Assembly (NCBI GenBank): GCA_023231475.1
Contig: JALJEE010002473.1
Span: 1-64,000 of the forward strand
DNA length: 64,000 nt
Direction: 5' to 3'
Source: Seison nebaliae
Lineage: Eukaryota
Position 1 is the stretch's first letter; every line of letters begins with the position of its first letter. Below, one piece after another: positions 25,652-40,144 of this stretch. Made by a program: the position numbers and the translations under genes. The notes beneath the pieces are model-generated. The model saw only the letters and a list, made by a program, of their open reading frames with translations. It was not told the DNA's origin and ran no database searches.

Positions 25652-25940
25652 AATCACGCTAATTTTATCGCCCTAATATTTCGTCTCCTTATTTTTCGGA
25701 TTTGGACATTTTGTAAGTTTTCAAACGGGCAATTTGCCTCCTTATCTTTAATTCACCGAGTTTAATGAAAAATAACGACGAAATCATCTAATTGTTGAAA
25801 TATCACTAAATTGATTATGTAAAATTCCCGAAATCACCGAATTTGTTGATATAAGGAGAGTTCTTTTTTTAAAGTCACGAACTGTCCGAATGGGAAAAAT
25901 AAAAAGACGAAATATAAGGGTGATGAAATTGCCGCGTAAT
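25652..25940. mobile_element. Degenerate MITE with ~95-nt TIRs, related to the repeat at 67-340
   Basis: Left CACGCTAATTTTATCGCCCTAATATTTCGTCTCC... mirrors right ...AGACGAAATATAAGGGTGATGAAATTGCCGCGT. Internal copies of GAAATCACCGA and GACGAAATCATC. Confidence 0.6.
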
Positions 25941-27450
25941 ATCTTACCAACCGAACGTATTATATTAGAGGTCCTTTATTCCTTTTGTTGTTATCTGAAC
26001 TATGTGCATTTTGTGAAGAAAAGACAAGCAATTGAGGAAGGACTAGTCAAATAAATAGAGAAACAGAGAAATATTAATCGATAGATTATTTAGTTGAGTT
26101 TCTCTTTAAAATTGTTTACTCATACACTGATGGAATATGCAAGATTATTATAAACATTACTTCTTCCATTACTTACTTACTTGTTAGTTGAATCTCTCTC
26201 ACTTTAATATTCTACTAACCTTGTGAAAAGATTATTTAAAAATATGATATTTAGTATGATTTAAAAATTGTCAGGATTTTCTCAAAATTGTCAAATCTCT
26301 TCTGACAAAAGATTGATTCTAATTAATGAATCAAAATCAAAAATTCTTACAACTATATCCATCTCCCATACAATTAGTAGTTTCAATCATTGAACATCGA
26401 TTCAAAGGACTGTCCTCTAAGGACATTGAAATTTTAGGTTATAAGAATGATAGCAAAAAGAACCTTCAAAATTTACTGATCATCTTATGTGTAAATTTCT
26501 GGGAATGTTCGATCTCATGGTAAATTTTTTTCACTTCCGTTCAAATTTCAACTGTTTGTAATTTACTGTTGTAATTTCTTTGGCTTTGTTATTTCATTAT
26601 CTTTTACACCGAAATCCTTATGATGTATTTATCGACCATATAACAGAAAAGTACGTTTATTGCTCGAATATGGGAAACCTTTCAACAGATTATTTATCAT
26701 TTTATTTCTGTGGATACTGGAATCTTCCGATTTTCTTATTCCTTCTTTTAACCAATGTAATTCTACTCTCCAATCACGTTTTTATATCTCAAATTTTGTC
26801 TATCTACTTTCATTCCTGAATCTTTAAGAACCGCAGTGAATCAGACCAAATCTCCCAGTTTCAATAATCATCAGCTGGGTTATCCTTTTTGCTTTTAAAT
26901 TTATTCTGCGGGAATTTGTTGTCTTAAGTTTAAAAATTGGATTAAGGCTATCACTAAATCTACTAGCAAAGTATACATGTTCGAAGTATGTAGAGTTGCA
27001 AATGCTTTTCATATTTTTCCTTGGAAACATATAGGTTTCTTAATTCGGGAGAAATTTAAATGTAGCAGAAACTTTCTGTTCTACTAATTTAATGCAAATT
27101 ATATATTTTCGAATGTTCTTCTTTCACGGAAATAACTTCTTATAAATTATTTGGTTTACATTATTATATTTCTATTTCATTGAATTAAAGTAAATTTAAC
27201 AATTTTATGTAGGAAGGTTCATCGAGGGATAAAGAAACATATAGAAATAATTACATAGTTTTTATTGGAATTATTTTTTTCTTAATTCATTTACAACAAT
27301 AAAATTTTTTATACATTTCTTATAGAAAGTTGTTTCATATTAGAATTCAAATTTTTACTAAATCAACATGAATAACAAATTTACAACACCGTTTTAAGAT
27401 CGATATGGATATTATTATTATTTTATAAATTAAACAAACGTTAAAAGAAT

Positions 27451-27756
27451 ATGTCACTAATCAATTCCCAAAATATACTAACGAATACAACTGTATTCAC
27501 CTACACATCTCCTATTGATCATACGGGTCTATATATCGGTTTGGTATTGATTGTTACATTAATCGTCTTTTCCACCTATGTCACATTAATGCTATGGAGA
27601 CGTCATAAAAAAAAGAGAAAGTTAAATCGTATACCTTCAATTGATATGGATACTGTTTTCGACGAAAAGTCAAGACCATCCGCGTTAGTTTCAGAATTTG
27701 GTGGAAACAATGAGAAAAAATTTAATCAAAAACAATCATACCAGCAAAATAAATAA
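27451..27756 (+). CDS. Small single-pass membrane protein (orphan)
   Basis: 101 aa: N-terminal NTT sequon, TM GLYIGLVLIVTLIVFSTYVTLMLW, then the basic stop-transfer RRHKKKRK. Confidence 0.6.
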   Translation: MSLINSQNILTNTTVFTYTSPIDHTGLYIGLVLIVTLIVFSTYVTLMLWRRHKKKRKLNRIPSIDMDTVFDEKSRPSALVSEFGGNNEKKFNQKQSYQQNK

Positions 27757-27869
27757 AAACAACAACAATTTAAAAAGTTTCTCAGAAGAAAATGTTTAAC
27801 AACAGCAAAAAAATTTCATATTCCCAATTCCATTGATCTTGTATCAGAAGTTTAGATAAAAACTAAATA

Positions 27870-30821
27870 TTATTCAGTTTCGATAATTTTCTCCAATTCA
27901 GGTTTGTCGATCAGTTTTAATTTTTCTGCGCAATAACTCATCTCCACTCCCACAATCTCTTCGTTTGACCGTTTTGGTAAATGAAGACAAATGTAAGGTA
28001 TCCAATCGTTCTAAAATATTTTCTTTATTTCATAATATTTATCAAAATTTAACGAACCACATTCACCGATTGAACAAGAACATATCTGTCTGATTTCACT
28101 ATACAATTATTTCCAATTATCTTAAACTGATTTTTTGTAGTCTCTTCGAACCTATATATATTTTTGTTGGCACTTGAATGTAAACCATAGATCGGATGTG
28201 CACAACGATCTCCCATCTTCTAAAAAAGATTTATTTAAATTTTTTCATAATAAATTTCGTACATAACATTTCTAGTTTTCTCTAACGAGAAATGAGTTTT
28301 GACATTTTTGGAACATGGACATCTCGTAAATAATGTCGATTTTTTTGGTCTTGGTAAATGTCGACAATAACTCATTGGAGATTTCACTCCCATTGGTAAT
28401 AAGTAACATTGTAGATGTTTTTGAATAAACGGTCTATTACATTCATCATCGCACTACATGAAATTTAGGAACTAAATAAATCTGATTTTAGAATTAATAA
28501 CTTTTCTGTTACTCACGTAACGATATTCCAGACAATGTCTAAAACATTTCTGTACTGATTGAACATCATTTCCTCCTTTACATCGATTTAATGGCAGATA
28601 TCTTTCACTTCCATATTTAGTAATGACTTTACAAGAAATATTACGACGGATTATACCTTCACCACAATGTTTTGAACAAGAAGACCATTCCCCAACTAGT
28701 AATTCCGGTTCACAATCTATTCGATTACAAGGAATATATTTTGTAGCTATGTCATTTTCGAAGACAATGGAAATTCCTAAAAATTATTAAGTATAATAAA
28801 TTTCCCAATTCCTAAAGAAAACCTTTACCACATCGAGCACTACACGGAGTTATACTTAAATTACGACCAAGTGGTAAATTAAGTGGAATGGCCTTGTTCT
28901 AAAAAATAAATATTCATGAATCATTATCATTTTATGAAAATAAACTAATTCTGTTTTTTTTGTTGTTTGAAATATCGGACCATCATAAATGATTTTTTCT
29001 TTCTATTAGTAAAAAAAATGTAATGGATTGCAATTATTCAAATGAATTCAAACCGTTGTGAGAGGTTCGATGCTTGTCATTTTCGTAGTTTTCGGAGGTT
29101 TGGTGATATTATCTCTTGAAAATGTTGTTGTAGAGGAAAAAGTTGTAGGAACTTTATAAGAAGGATCAGATGTTATTATGTGATCTTGTCTAAGTTTATG
29201 CCTATTTGGGTTTTTCGCTTAAAATATATTAGTTTTCGAACTGGAAATAAATGAGAAAAAATAATACTTCTCCATAATGCATTGTGATTCACAAATGGTA
29301 GTTCGATAACCGGAATGTTTGTTATTTTATTTCCAATTTCATAATGAACCTTCACTCGATCTATTTTGACATACGACAAAATCTAATATAATCATAAGAA
29401 GAATAGAAAAAAATAAATTATTTGTAGAAAATATTCAAATTAAAACGTCGATAAAAATATCTTCAACGGTATATCCACGAATGGTAATATATTCGACATC
29501 TTTGACCCTTCTGTTACGATAATCACGTCTCCAATAATTGATTACTGTATTGTTCAAATAGAATTCACTGCTAAATGCAACATTGAAATCGTAATTGAAG
29601 ATTTCTCTTGTTTTCGTCCTCAGTGCTTAAAAATAAAGTTTATGATAATTCTTTAAATACTAATGCTAAAAATGTTTAACCCAAAAATGTTTGGAGATAT
29701 GGTTTTATTTTAATGATCTTCGCATAAGTTATACCTGGTTTTAGATGAAGCAATTCTTTATATTCATAATTTCCTATATTACTAAAAAATCTTAAAATTA
29801 TAAATAGAACTACAAGAACAAAGAAGGTAACGTAAATATATCGTTCGAAGTAACGTAACAATCATTATCATTTCCATCATTCGAACAACTATTACACTTA
29901 TTCAACGTGAGTAATGGTTGAAGTACAGGTTTCGCCAAAATCGTTGATGTTGAAGGTTGCCCTATATAATTCTTGATAATTTGATATTCTGAAGTTGCAT
30001 TTATAATGGTACGGAATGTATTGAAGATTGTCCCATCACATCCAACCGGCTAAATGAGATAGATTGCAATTTTTAGTTTATTCAAAAAAACTTACTGTGC
30101 ATTTGCCTTGGAAGCAAGTACCTTCCAAATTGCTATTTTTGGTTAAACATTTCATACCATCAGGAAGTAGAGAAATTCGTTGAAAACCTCTCGATTCATA
30201 ATGAGATCGACAATAAAGGTGACAATCGTCGAATACTGAGAAGTAAATTAAATTTTCGTAAATATTTCGTCATGGATATTCATCAGAATTTATGAAAAGA
30301 GAACCGTCGAGAAACACCGTGCTATTTGCAAAATTTTTCAGAGCAAATTGTTTCTTACATAAATCATCTCGTTGCTTTCCCATATGTTGGTCTCGATAAC
30401 ATTCCTAATCATTATATAACATTATTAAAATGAAAAATAGTTGTTCAATTTTTCAAATGAAGTTAACTTGAAAATGACAAAATTTTAAATCTAAAACTTT
30501 CCCAATTTCATCTCCATTCCCACCGCAATAAGATCTATCGACTATCCTCTCTTTTCTGTTAGAACTACTAAATTTTTGAACTCCTCGAATACATCGACGT
30601 ATGCGTTTCGAGAACATCTTCGTACAACTAGATTCGCATGTCTCCCATTTCATCCATCTCGACCAATAATATGTCTAGATTTATCTTATAAATCATTTTA
30701 TTTAATATTAAAATTATTTAACTATTTTCGTTCTTATTCTTGGTGATGTGGTATCGGTCGTATGAGTGGGCTCCATAAAACTTTTCCCGATTAGTACTAA
30801 CAGAAAGAAGGTAGAATGCAT
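27870..30821 (-). CDS. ADAMTS-like (non-protease) ECM protein, paralog B, multi-exon
   Basis: Own start and signal-like peptide MHSTFFLLVLIG; TSP1 WSRWMKWETCESSC...RIRRC; Cys-rich CHLYCR...LPDGMKC...CFQGKC|PVGCDG; spacer-like exons; further TSP1 (GEWSSCSKHCGEGIIRRNISC); ends ...KIIETE*. Internal exon boundaries are approximate. Confidence 0.75.
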
Positions 30822-31634
30822 CCTCTAGTCTTAATTTGCTTAAATTGAAAAATAATCTCAATTACCTTTTTACACGAAAACCATAAAATTTTCTTTAAGA
30901 ATCTTTAGAAGAAAAATAAATTGTGAAATAAATATCTTTGAATTGAATTGGTAGATTAATCATTTCGTTTTCATGAGATCCTCATTTATTAATAGAAATA
31001 CGTCTGAAAAAGATTTTTGTTAAATTCTTAACGGAAATATTTCCGTTTCATTAAATTCTCCCATGTGTTCAAATAAAATTGTTACATATTCATGTAGTTG
31101 TAATAAAAGTTTCGTTATAAGATAAGATAAGCGGAATCACTGTAAATTATTTGATGGGAACTTTTTAACATTTACAACAACCATTTTCATTCCATTTCAA
31201 TTATGTAAGTTTATTCCAAACACAACTATAATTTACGTGAGTTGTTTCAAATGATCTATCTATAATAATGACAAGGTGCTTCTACTCACGTAGGAAAGGC
31301 GACTAGTTGTGAGAATAATTTTCAATAAAAACAGTTCCAACAACTCAAAAAAATAAATGAACATATATTGAGTTGAAAATGAGAATTTTTTGTAATTTTA
31401 TTTTATTTGAAGTTTTCAATAAGAAAAGAATGGAATCGTCTTTGACGTATCCGTAATGATGAATGTGAAGATTGAACATAAAGGCACGTAAAATGGAAGA
31501 ATTATGTTATTTGAAGTTTGATGAATCGGCAGTTAGAAAGTTATTGAAATTTATATACAAAATCAAATTGGTATTAAAATGGAATTGGAATGAGTGAATG
31601 TAATACATTTGAAGGTTATTTGAAGAGATTTTTT

Positions 31635-34600
31635 TTATTCTCTATTCCAATTTTCATCAAATGAATTATCTGGATAATCGCTATCATTCAAATAATCATT
31701 ATCCTGATATTGCGGCATTGATGATTCAATAATGATTTTTGTTGGTGGTTCTAATGTATTGTCATCAATTGATAAACTTTCAGTTGCAACGTTATCAGAA
31801 TAAGATTCCGATAGAGCATTATCTGATGAAGTCATATCCAATGACGATTCATTAACAATTTGATTATCTGATAGATTGAACTAACAAGAGAAGATGTTTA
31901 ATTAAAGAATTTAAATGATTTTTTCAAACTTTCCTATTTACTTCCGGTAATTCTTCGTTATCATTCGATTGGTAATGATGAAGTTCGTAATCCATCGAAT
32001 GTTCATTAGGGAATGTTTGATTGTTTTTCTGTGAAGGTTCATGTAATTCAACTTCCTCTTCTTCATGAACTCGAACAATTTCAGTTGATTCATTTGGCAT
32101 TTCAATTTCCGTTGTCATTGTAGTTAACGTAGTTTTTAACGGCAAATTTTCAGTGATACTCTCTGGAATAGCCGAACGTATTTCACAAGGTAATCGACAA
32201 ATTTTTTCCGTTTCTGGTAATAAATTGTTTGATGATTCGAAACATCGCTTATCATTAGTCAATGTGCCATTACGAACAAAAAGACAGATACGTTTTCTAA
32301 CCATTACACCCTCATCATTGCAACTTTTTGCTTTACACTAAAAGAATATTTGTAAAAATTTTAAATGAGATACAATTGTATAACCTTCGACCACTGAGTA
32401 TGGAACCATGCTACGTTATCACAAATAAATTCGTCATATTCGTCGCATTCTTCAACATTTTTTGGTTTAATTAATTTGTTACATAATATTTCTTCTTCCG
32501 TGTCTTCTCCATTTCCATGAATTTCTAGCACTTCGTTAGCATTCCTTTTTTTGCGTTGTTGAATTTGTTCGTTAATTTTCTGAAATTTAGTATCGTCTGC
32601 TTGATGGATAATCTCCGCATATTTCCATTCATCATTTTGATTATGAAGTAAAATATCGTTCGAGAATTTCTTTGACATTTTCTCAAACATACTCTTCATA
32701 TCGACAGCTGTACATCGTACTTCTCGTATTCGAATACCTTTCCCACAATTATTCGAACACTAAATGGAGATATCAATCGAAATGAATTGTTAAGAAGAAA
32801 TTTAACTTCTGACCACTCACCAGTGAACCATTGCATTACTGGTCGAGTGCCCATTGTATCGAAACATTTCTTATTTCCTAAAATTTTCCTATTGATATAA
32901 TGGGGTATGAAGAATCGTAAAATTCCAGCAGATTCTTTAATTTCTTGATATTTATTTGATGCTAAAGCATTTTTCAATTCAGCAATTTGACATGGTCTCT
33001 TTTGATATTCATTTAAAAGAGGAGATGGTAATGTTGATAAGTCAATGGGTTGACGTCCGGCATAACTTTTACGAATAACTTTCATTAATTCGGGTGAATC
33101 GGGTTCACAATAAATCATATTCTCTTCAATATTCGCGTCGCAACTCAATTCGGATGTCTAGTTTTAAAAAAATTTGGTTCATTTAGTTTTTAAAATTTAT
33201 GAATAACTTTAGCATGGATATCAATTCCAGATATTTTCGAGGAAATTCTTTTATGACCAAGTCCTACGGCATAGTACCATTCACGATAACAATCCGGTAG
33301 ATCTACACAATCACTAACAATCTTCGGTTTCCTAAAGAAATATAAATAATTGTTCCATTTATTTTTAGACGCGAAATAACTTTATAAGTGAACAATAAGA
33401 ATCATCAACGATTGAACCGGTATCCGATTTACAAACGACATCTCTAAATCGTTTACCTTTTCCACAAGTCACCGAACATGTCGACCAACTACTTGTTTTC
33501 CAATAATTACAAGACTCATAACATTTTTGACTGGTTTCTGGTTGATTCGAATATTTACAATTCTCAAGTTCTTTAAATTTCTTATTTGGTATTACTTCAA
33601 AGGCTGTTTGTCGTTCTCCATTCTCATCGATATATTCACAGGAAATTTTTCTCTTTCTTATTCCTTCTCCACACGTATTTGAACATGGTTCCCAAAGTCT
33701 CGTTCTCCAACTGGGAAGAGATACTCAGTATAAAACAAATGAAAATAATAAAACTTTGTGGGACATTTCTTTCGATTACATGGAATAACTGATGTCGGTT
33801 TTTCAATATTCATACAATATTGTTCATTTAAATTTTCAGTTTCCCAAATTAGTGGTCGTGCACATTTATAATAAATATGTTTCTCACCTAAAAATAAATT
33901 CAACTTTTTCCTTTTAATAATTTAATGAAACCTTTCCCACATTCCTTAGAACAACTAGTTATCCGGTGGAAAATCCATTGAGGTTTTTCTGGTGTTAAAT
34001 TATTGGGAAATCGACGGACGCCTTCCGGAACGTTCGCCATCGGATCACCATAAATAATTTGTCCGTGCATTAAGTAAATTTTGCGTTCAGGTTTATTAAC
34101 AGGTATAAATTTTGCTTGCTTCTGCCTCTCAGTATTCGGACGCCATTGATCAACCTTTTCCGTATGTGGAAGAGCTGTATACATTTGATTATTCTGGAAT
34201 TAACGAAATAATAATGAAAAAAATTTAAGATGAAACATTAGTCGAAAGGTTAGAATAGTTAGAAGTTATAACTGTGTTAGATAAATATTAATAATTATCG
34301 AATTTAACTATAGCTAAAGAATTAGTAGAATACTATTAAAAAATTCAATTTTACACAATGAGACAATACCGATTCTAGGTTACGAAATCTATTGGGGTAT
34401 GATTGAGCTTTGGTCTTTATTCGTCGAAATGATGGATTTTCATCATATCCCACTGAATTAGTGAACATGCTCTTTGTCTTCAATTGTCTATTAGGTTTCA
34501 ATTTAAATACCTCCAATGTTTTAGTAACTGAACTCTTAAATTTCTCCCGATGTTTTTTAGTTTTTGCAGTTTCATTGTTATTCAATTTCTTTCTTCTATA

Positions 34601-36934
34601 ACCCGATTTTTTATCTTTTCTACTTACAACATATCGATTCTTTCCGTTGACATTTATTCCAAATGTGGAATCTTTAACGAATCGATCTTTATTTCCATCA
34701 ACTTCTGATTGATGAGTTCCTTGTGGCATTGTGAAAGAGTATTCGATTGTTACATGATTGTCTGGTTGATATGAAACGATCTAGAGAAAAGTCAAAAATT
34801 AATAATTTTATATTCAAAAATGTTAACTCTTATAAACAACGTTTCATTTAAAGGCCCCTCACTGGTAATCAGTTCATTGCTATTGATTTTTGAACCAAGA
34901 TATTGTCTCCTCCAATACATAAATTCGGAACCAGCACCTTCAAATTTCTTACTGAGGGATATCTGATAATTTTCATTTAACAGATTTGGATTAGAATTTG
35001 TTCCTAGTGCTACAAAAGTATATTATATGCAAATTATTAATAAATAATAGATTCAAACCGAGATAAATATGTCTTTTCGATTGAAGTTCTTCAACTTTAA
35101 TTTTCCTTGCACCTGGTGGTATTTTGAAGATGGTCGTATAAGATGGTTTCAGAACTTTCCTAATATTTTTAATGAACGTCAAAAAAATAATAAGAGAAGA
35201 ATAGAAACACTGTTGCGATTCCTTTGAATAACTGACATGTTGATTCTTTTCCTTCACAAATTCCACAAACATCAAATTGTTTAAGTGGTGACCGAAGAGC
35301 ATTATCGAGATTTCCGTCGCATCCAACATCCTTTTGGTTTTGTGAAATAGAAAGAAAATTTGTCATTTATTTTTATGAGAATCTCTAACTCTGCATCGTC
35401 CATTAATACAGACACCGTTTAATCTGTCATTTGATGGCCGACATTTTGTTCCGTCAGGTAATTGTCCATAATTGAAAAATTCTCTACCAGCCTTCGTCCG
35501 ACAATACAGACTACATTGTTGAGTTACTGGAAAAAGAAGTAAAAAAGTATGATAATTGATTTGAAGAACGAAAAAATTAACCATCCAAATAAGCAGTAAC
35601 ATCACCTTCAGGAAATTGCCCAGTTGCATTTCTCTTACATAATTCGGTGCGATAATCATCAAACACTTTATGTGGACAATACTATTTCGAAGAATGGAAA
35701 TTTATGAAACAAACTAAAGTAAAAGAACTTCTGGATGACATAATTTAAATTGAGAATCCCCAATAGATTTTTCTGGTTTACAGTAATGTTTTGAGACAAT
35801 TGACGTTCGTTTATCTCTTGAAAAATATTTCAATTGACGAGCAGATAACGGCATGTCGATATTCTTTAGAGTTTCGTTCGAACTCCTTCGAAATCGTCTA
35901 CTGATAAATCGGATAAAATTATTCGAAAAAAAAGTAATAAAAACTGACTTTCTATAAGGCATATTATAACTGCGATATGACGATGGTCGACGAAAGTTAT
36001 TTTTGGGATACACAGAACTTCAAGTGGATTAAGGTATACGTTAATAAAAATAGAAAATATTTAACTCTATAAGTTTCCGTATGCAATGTCTTGTTCTTTT
36101 TGAAATAAGTTGACGACATGTTTTTGGACAGTGACTCCATTCGGTCCATTCAGACCATTCGAATTCCTGAAATTAAAATAATGAAAAATTTTTAGGTCAA
36201 CTTATTTTTGATAATGGAAACTTTCCATCGATAATAATAAATAATGTTTTTGAAAAAGAAAAATATTTTCAGCTAAAACTTACTATAGCAACTTTGGGGT
36301 ACTGATAATTTAATTTATAGTTTAAATGATTCGTTGGCAAAGTAGGATGGAACATATCGTAATAATCACCATAATAATTGGGAATAGATGGATGATGGAC
36401 AATTGGTTGTTGTCGATGTCGTTGTGGTGATTGTAGACGAGAGTATCCATATTGCGGTTGTTTTTCATAGTTTGCGGGTACTTGTGATTGCCATACATGG
36501 TCATTATGATCATACTTCTGATAGAATGGGATAACTGGTGGATGTGAATAGAATGTTGGTAAAAATAGTTTCCTCTTAATTGTTCTCCCATTAAAATTAC
36601 TATCATCATTTTGTAATAAATATAATTTAGATGGTTCCAATGACGGTTTCGATAGAACACCAGATTGAACAACAGATTTATTATGTTTTATGACTGGTGT
36701 GAAATATGTTGTAGAATTGATAATTTTTCCTTTATTGACATGATTGATGGCATTGGTGAACGAATGATATTCTCGGGGTAATCGAAAATTTCTTCGAGAA
36801 CGTTCCAATGTTCGTTTTATTGATGCAAAAGGACGATGAGTGTCAAACCACAATTTTTTGTTTCTCGATGATTTCATAAACGAACATAATTGAAATAGTT
36901 GCCATAGCAACGCCAAAAAAATTAATATCCTCAT
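31635..36934 (-). CDS. ADAMTS-like protein (THSD4/ADAMTSL4/lonely-heart-like), paralog A, multi-exon
   Basis: Signal peptide MRILIFLALLWQL; split TSP1 WSEWTEWSHCPKTC...RTRHC; CSLYCR...LPDGTKC...CINGRC|DVGCDG...DVCGICEG; spacer IPPGARKIKVEE; many TSP1 repeats (WSTCSVTCGKGKRFRDVVC, WFTGEWSE); acidic tail ending NWNRE*. No HExxH metalloprotease domain seen. Confidence 0.85.
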
Positions 36935-37673
36935 AATATTGAGGTAATCTTAAAAGAAAATGGTATCGTAAACGATGTTTGCTTTGACTAAAAAATGAAG
37001 AATAACTGATAAAAAATAGGAATGTGGAGAAAGGAAAGTGAATACTTAAGAGAAATTGATATATCGATAAATTTCGTGAAAAAAACTATTAAGAGGAGAA
37101 TGAATAAGACGAATAATAGTAAAAGTCTGACAAGAGTTAAGTTTTTAAATCAAAATATTTTCACCTACTTAAATAGTGTTTCTCTTAGAGACAATTAGTT
37201 TAATGATAACGGGTCGAAAACTTGAGTTAACAATCGATTATTGAAGCGATGAGAAAAGAATATGCGAGAACGATGATTCAATGAATGGTGGAAGTGAAGG
37301 TTGGATCATATAGATAATTACGACATAACTTAATATAATTGAATAAAGGAAATATTTAGGAGAAGAAGAAAAACATCTTTTCTCCATTGCTCAACATCTA
37401 ATTGATATCGGGTTTATCCTTATTGATCATCGTCATTCGTTTCATCACTAATAAATTTTCGACTATTTTTTCCGATTCGATATCAATGAACTATATTTCT
37501 TCTTTCCTAATCAATTTCCTTAATACCAATATGATAATCGTTCTTCATTTTAGCGTCCTATTCCTTTCTACTCATTATATGCGGTTAATAAGGAAAATTA
37601 GTTTAGGATAAACTCTAGAAAGAACTTTAAACGAAAGTAATTGCCGAAGAAACAGTTGAGAATGATAACGAAA

Positions 37674-37949
37674 TCAATTTTTGATCATATGAAAAATAAA
37701 TGACGTAACTCGAAATATTCTTTTTATTCGATTACTTCTTTCCCATTTCCTTCGTTCAAATTTATTGATTGTTCGATTCAACTTGAAACTAGATGCCATC
37801 CGTCGAATCGGTTTAATGATCTTTGTAACAATTATCGGCCGTTTACGATGACGATTAGCATCGAAATTAAGAACCATCTTCGACATATTGTCATCATATG
37901 CAACATTGCTTGTGATTAATTGGAGGTAGATAATTATCAAATATTTCAT
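37674..37949 (-). CDS. Small basic secreted orphan peptide (3' end uncertain)
   Basis: MKYLIIIYLQLITSNVA signal-like N-terminus; very K/R-rich mature part with RKR, RR and KR sites. Confidence 0.45.
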   Translation of the reverse strand: MKYLIIIYLQLITSNVAYDDNMSKMVLNFDANRHRKRPIIVTKIIKPIRRMASSFKLNRTINKFERRKWERSNRIKRIFRVTSFIFHMIKN

Positions 37950-39457
37950 TCTCGTTTTATTATGAAAATTTTTCTATTTCCGTTCAGATACGTCCACAAT
38001 ATTTCTTCTATATCATTATAAGCAGTTCAATCTGATATGAAATCAATTGATATATCTCAAGTAATACAATACGAATTCTGATAAGAAGAAGATTTGATAA
38101 AGAAGAAAACTTAAAGAATTTCATTATTCAACACTTCACATCAGACGATAAGCAAATTTTATAATATTCCATTCCCAAAAATATGGAATGACCCCAATTC
38201 AATTGACAATTGTAATATGATCCTTAACTATATGTCATTAGATAATAATAACAAAATGTTGAATTTTAATTCATTTACACAACTCAAAATGAAAAAAAAA
38301 ACTTCTCGAAAATTTCTCATGATGTTTTCTTTCTTCCTATTAATCGATCGTTATCGATTAACTTCACAATACTAATCCGAAAGTAGAAAAGAGGAGGAGA
38401 GATAAATAAGAATAGAAAAAATAAAGTGCGAAGTGATCCTGAAAAAAATGAAAAAAATCATGTCGAAAGAAATTAATTTGGATAAATTGAAAGTTTGATG
38501 GTAATAGTAAATATTTGCAATAGGGAAATATATTTGTGAGTTTAATCAAAAGGAAGAAGGATTCTATCAATTGCTATCTTTGTAGGATATCGTAACGACG
38601 TAGGATATTATCGTTAGAAGTTACATCAGTTTATATCGACATGATTATATGTGAATATAAAACTGCAAATTTTCATTATAATTCTCTTAACACTTTTAAT
38701 AATTTTACTATCTGTTTCTTCCCCTCTTAAATCATCCACCTTAAGAATGTAAAGGAAGATCAAGTATATTTGATGAGTAATAACTATACTCATTTAGTCG
38801 ACTGATTAGTTTGAGCTTTCATCAAAACTTGAAGTTGAGGTAGAAATAACATTCTTATAACTACAACGTCGTTTCAGTACTACGCATGAGAGACAAAAGA
38901 AGAAGAATGAACTCAAATTTAACTTTATTCCAAGGTTCTTCATCAACCATGTTACATAGCGCTACAATTGGAAATAATCTATCGATAATGAATAGAAAAG
39001 AAAAGGCGGTTAGTAGATGCTCTCCTATGTATGATAATTATTTATCATATGTGCCACCATATTCTGATGTGTAATAGTGTTTCATCTTCAACAATTTCTT
39101 CACAAAAAATGTTATTGTTTCGAATAATAGAAATTTGTAAAATGCGTTTCCACGGCTCTCTTGTTACGGCAAACGACAACATTTACCAGTTACTATATCA
39201 AGTACATGATGGAAGTAAAAAAGTTTATAGTAATTCAAATGTACAAATAATAATTTGATGAAAGTATATGTCATTTGCCATTAAATAATCATAATTATCT
39301 GAAAAATTACAATTCTCTTCTGTTCCACTAACTACTGTTAATCCATTTGAATAAAATATTATAAATTCTAATTTGGACAGTCTTTTTTTAATCTTTTGTG
39401 TTTTTATAATTCCAACGAATTGGGAAATTTTTTTAGATGTTATCCAAATTAAGGAGA

Positions 39458-40144
39458 TTAGAACGAAAAAAATTGAATAACTTCTCTTCGCATGATTGAT
39501 TCAGAATAGTCACCAGGAATTTTACCTGCAGCCTTATTACTATGACGATGATGATATGCATCGAACTGCCGTTGATATTGAACACGATATCTTCTCAAAT
39601 CTTCCAGTTTCTTCAATGCGTTTTCCCGTCCTTTCTTTAGCTCTTCTTCTCGTTGTTTTTTTAGTTGCTGTTCTCGCCGTTTCTTCAATTCTTCTTGCCG
39701 AAGTTTGTTATAATAATCGACATATGACACGTAGTCTTTATTTCCATATTGTCTTGAGGATCTAGGAGAATTTGTATTATTGATCTGTTGTTTTTCATAT
39801 CTGATCACTTTTCTTCTATTTTTACGTTGAAATATATCGAAATCATCAAATTTTATGACATGTGGTAATGATGTTGTTGATGATGATGATGAGGAGGAGG
39901 AGGAAGATGAAGTGGTGATGATTGGTAAGTTATATTGTTTATCATTCCTTCTTATCGGGTACAATCGATATTGTGCAAATGGACGGTGTTTCTTCCGTCG
40001 TAGATACTGTTTAACAGAAAATACTAAATTTTTTGAATCAATCGGATCATATAATTTAGTTGGACGATATAATTTTTCATTGTTATTGATACGTTCTTGT
40101 AAGGTGATTGTGAGATAGAAAAGAATGAAAATGAATTTAAACAT
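39458..40144 (-). CDS. Secreted orphan protein with poly-Ser and basic clusters (3' end may splice)
   Basis: 228-aa ATG ORF; MFKFIFILFYLTITLQ signal-like; RRKK, RKNRRK, poly-Ser; charged helical repeat EELKKRREQQLKKQREEELKK. Confidence 0.65.
   Translation of the reverse strand: MFKFIFILFYLTITLQERINNNEKLYRPTKLYDPIDSKNLVFSVKQYLRRKKHRPFAQYRLYPIRRNDKQYNLPIITTSSSSSSSSSSSTTSLPHVIKFDDFDIFQRKNRRKVIRYEKQQINNTNSPRSSRQYGNKDYVSYVDYYNKLRQEELKKRREQQLKKQREEELKKGRENALKKLEDLRRYRVQYQRQFDAYHHRHSNKAAGKIPGDYSESIMRREVIQFFSF

Noticed and set aside
26300..27030. Short ORFs suggesting a gene or TE
   Set aside because: No consistent splice model or motif.
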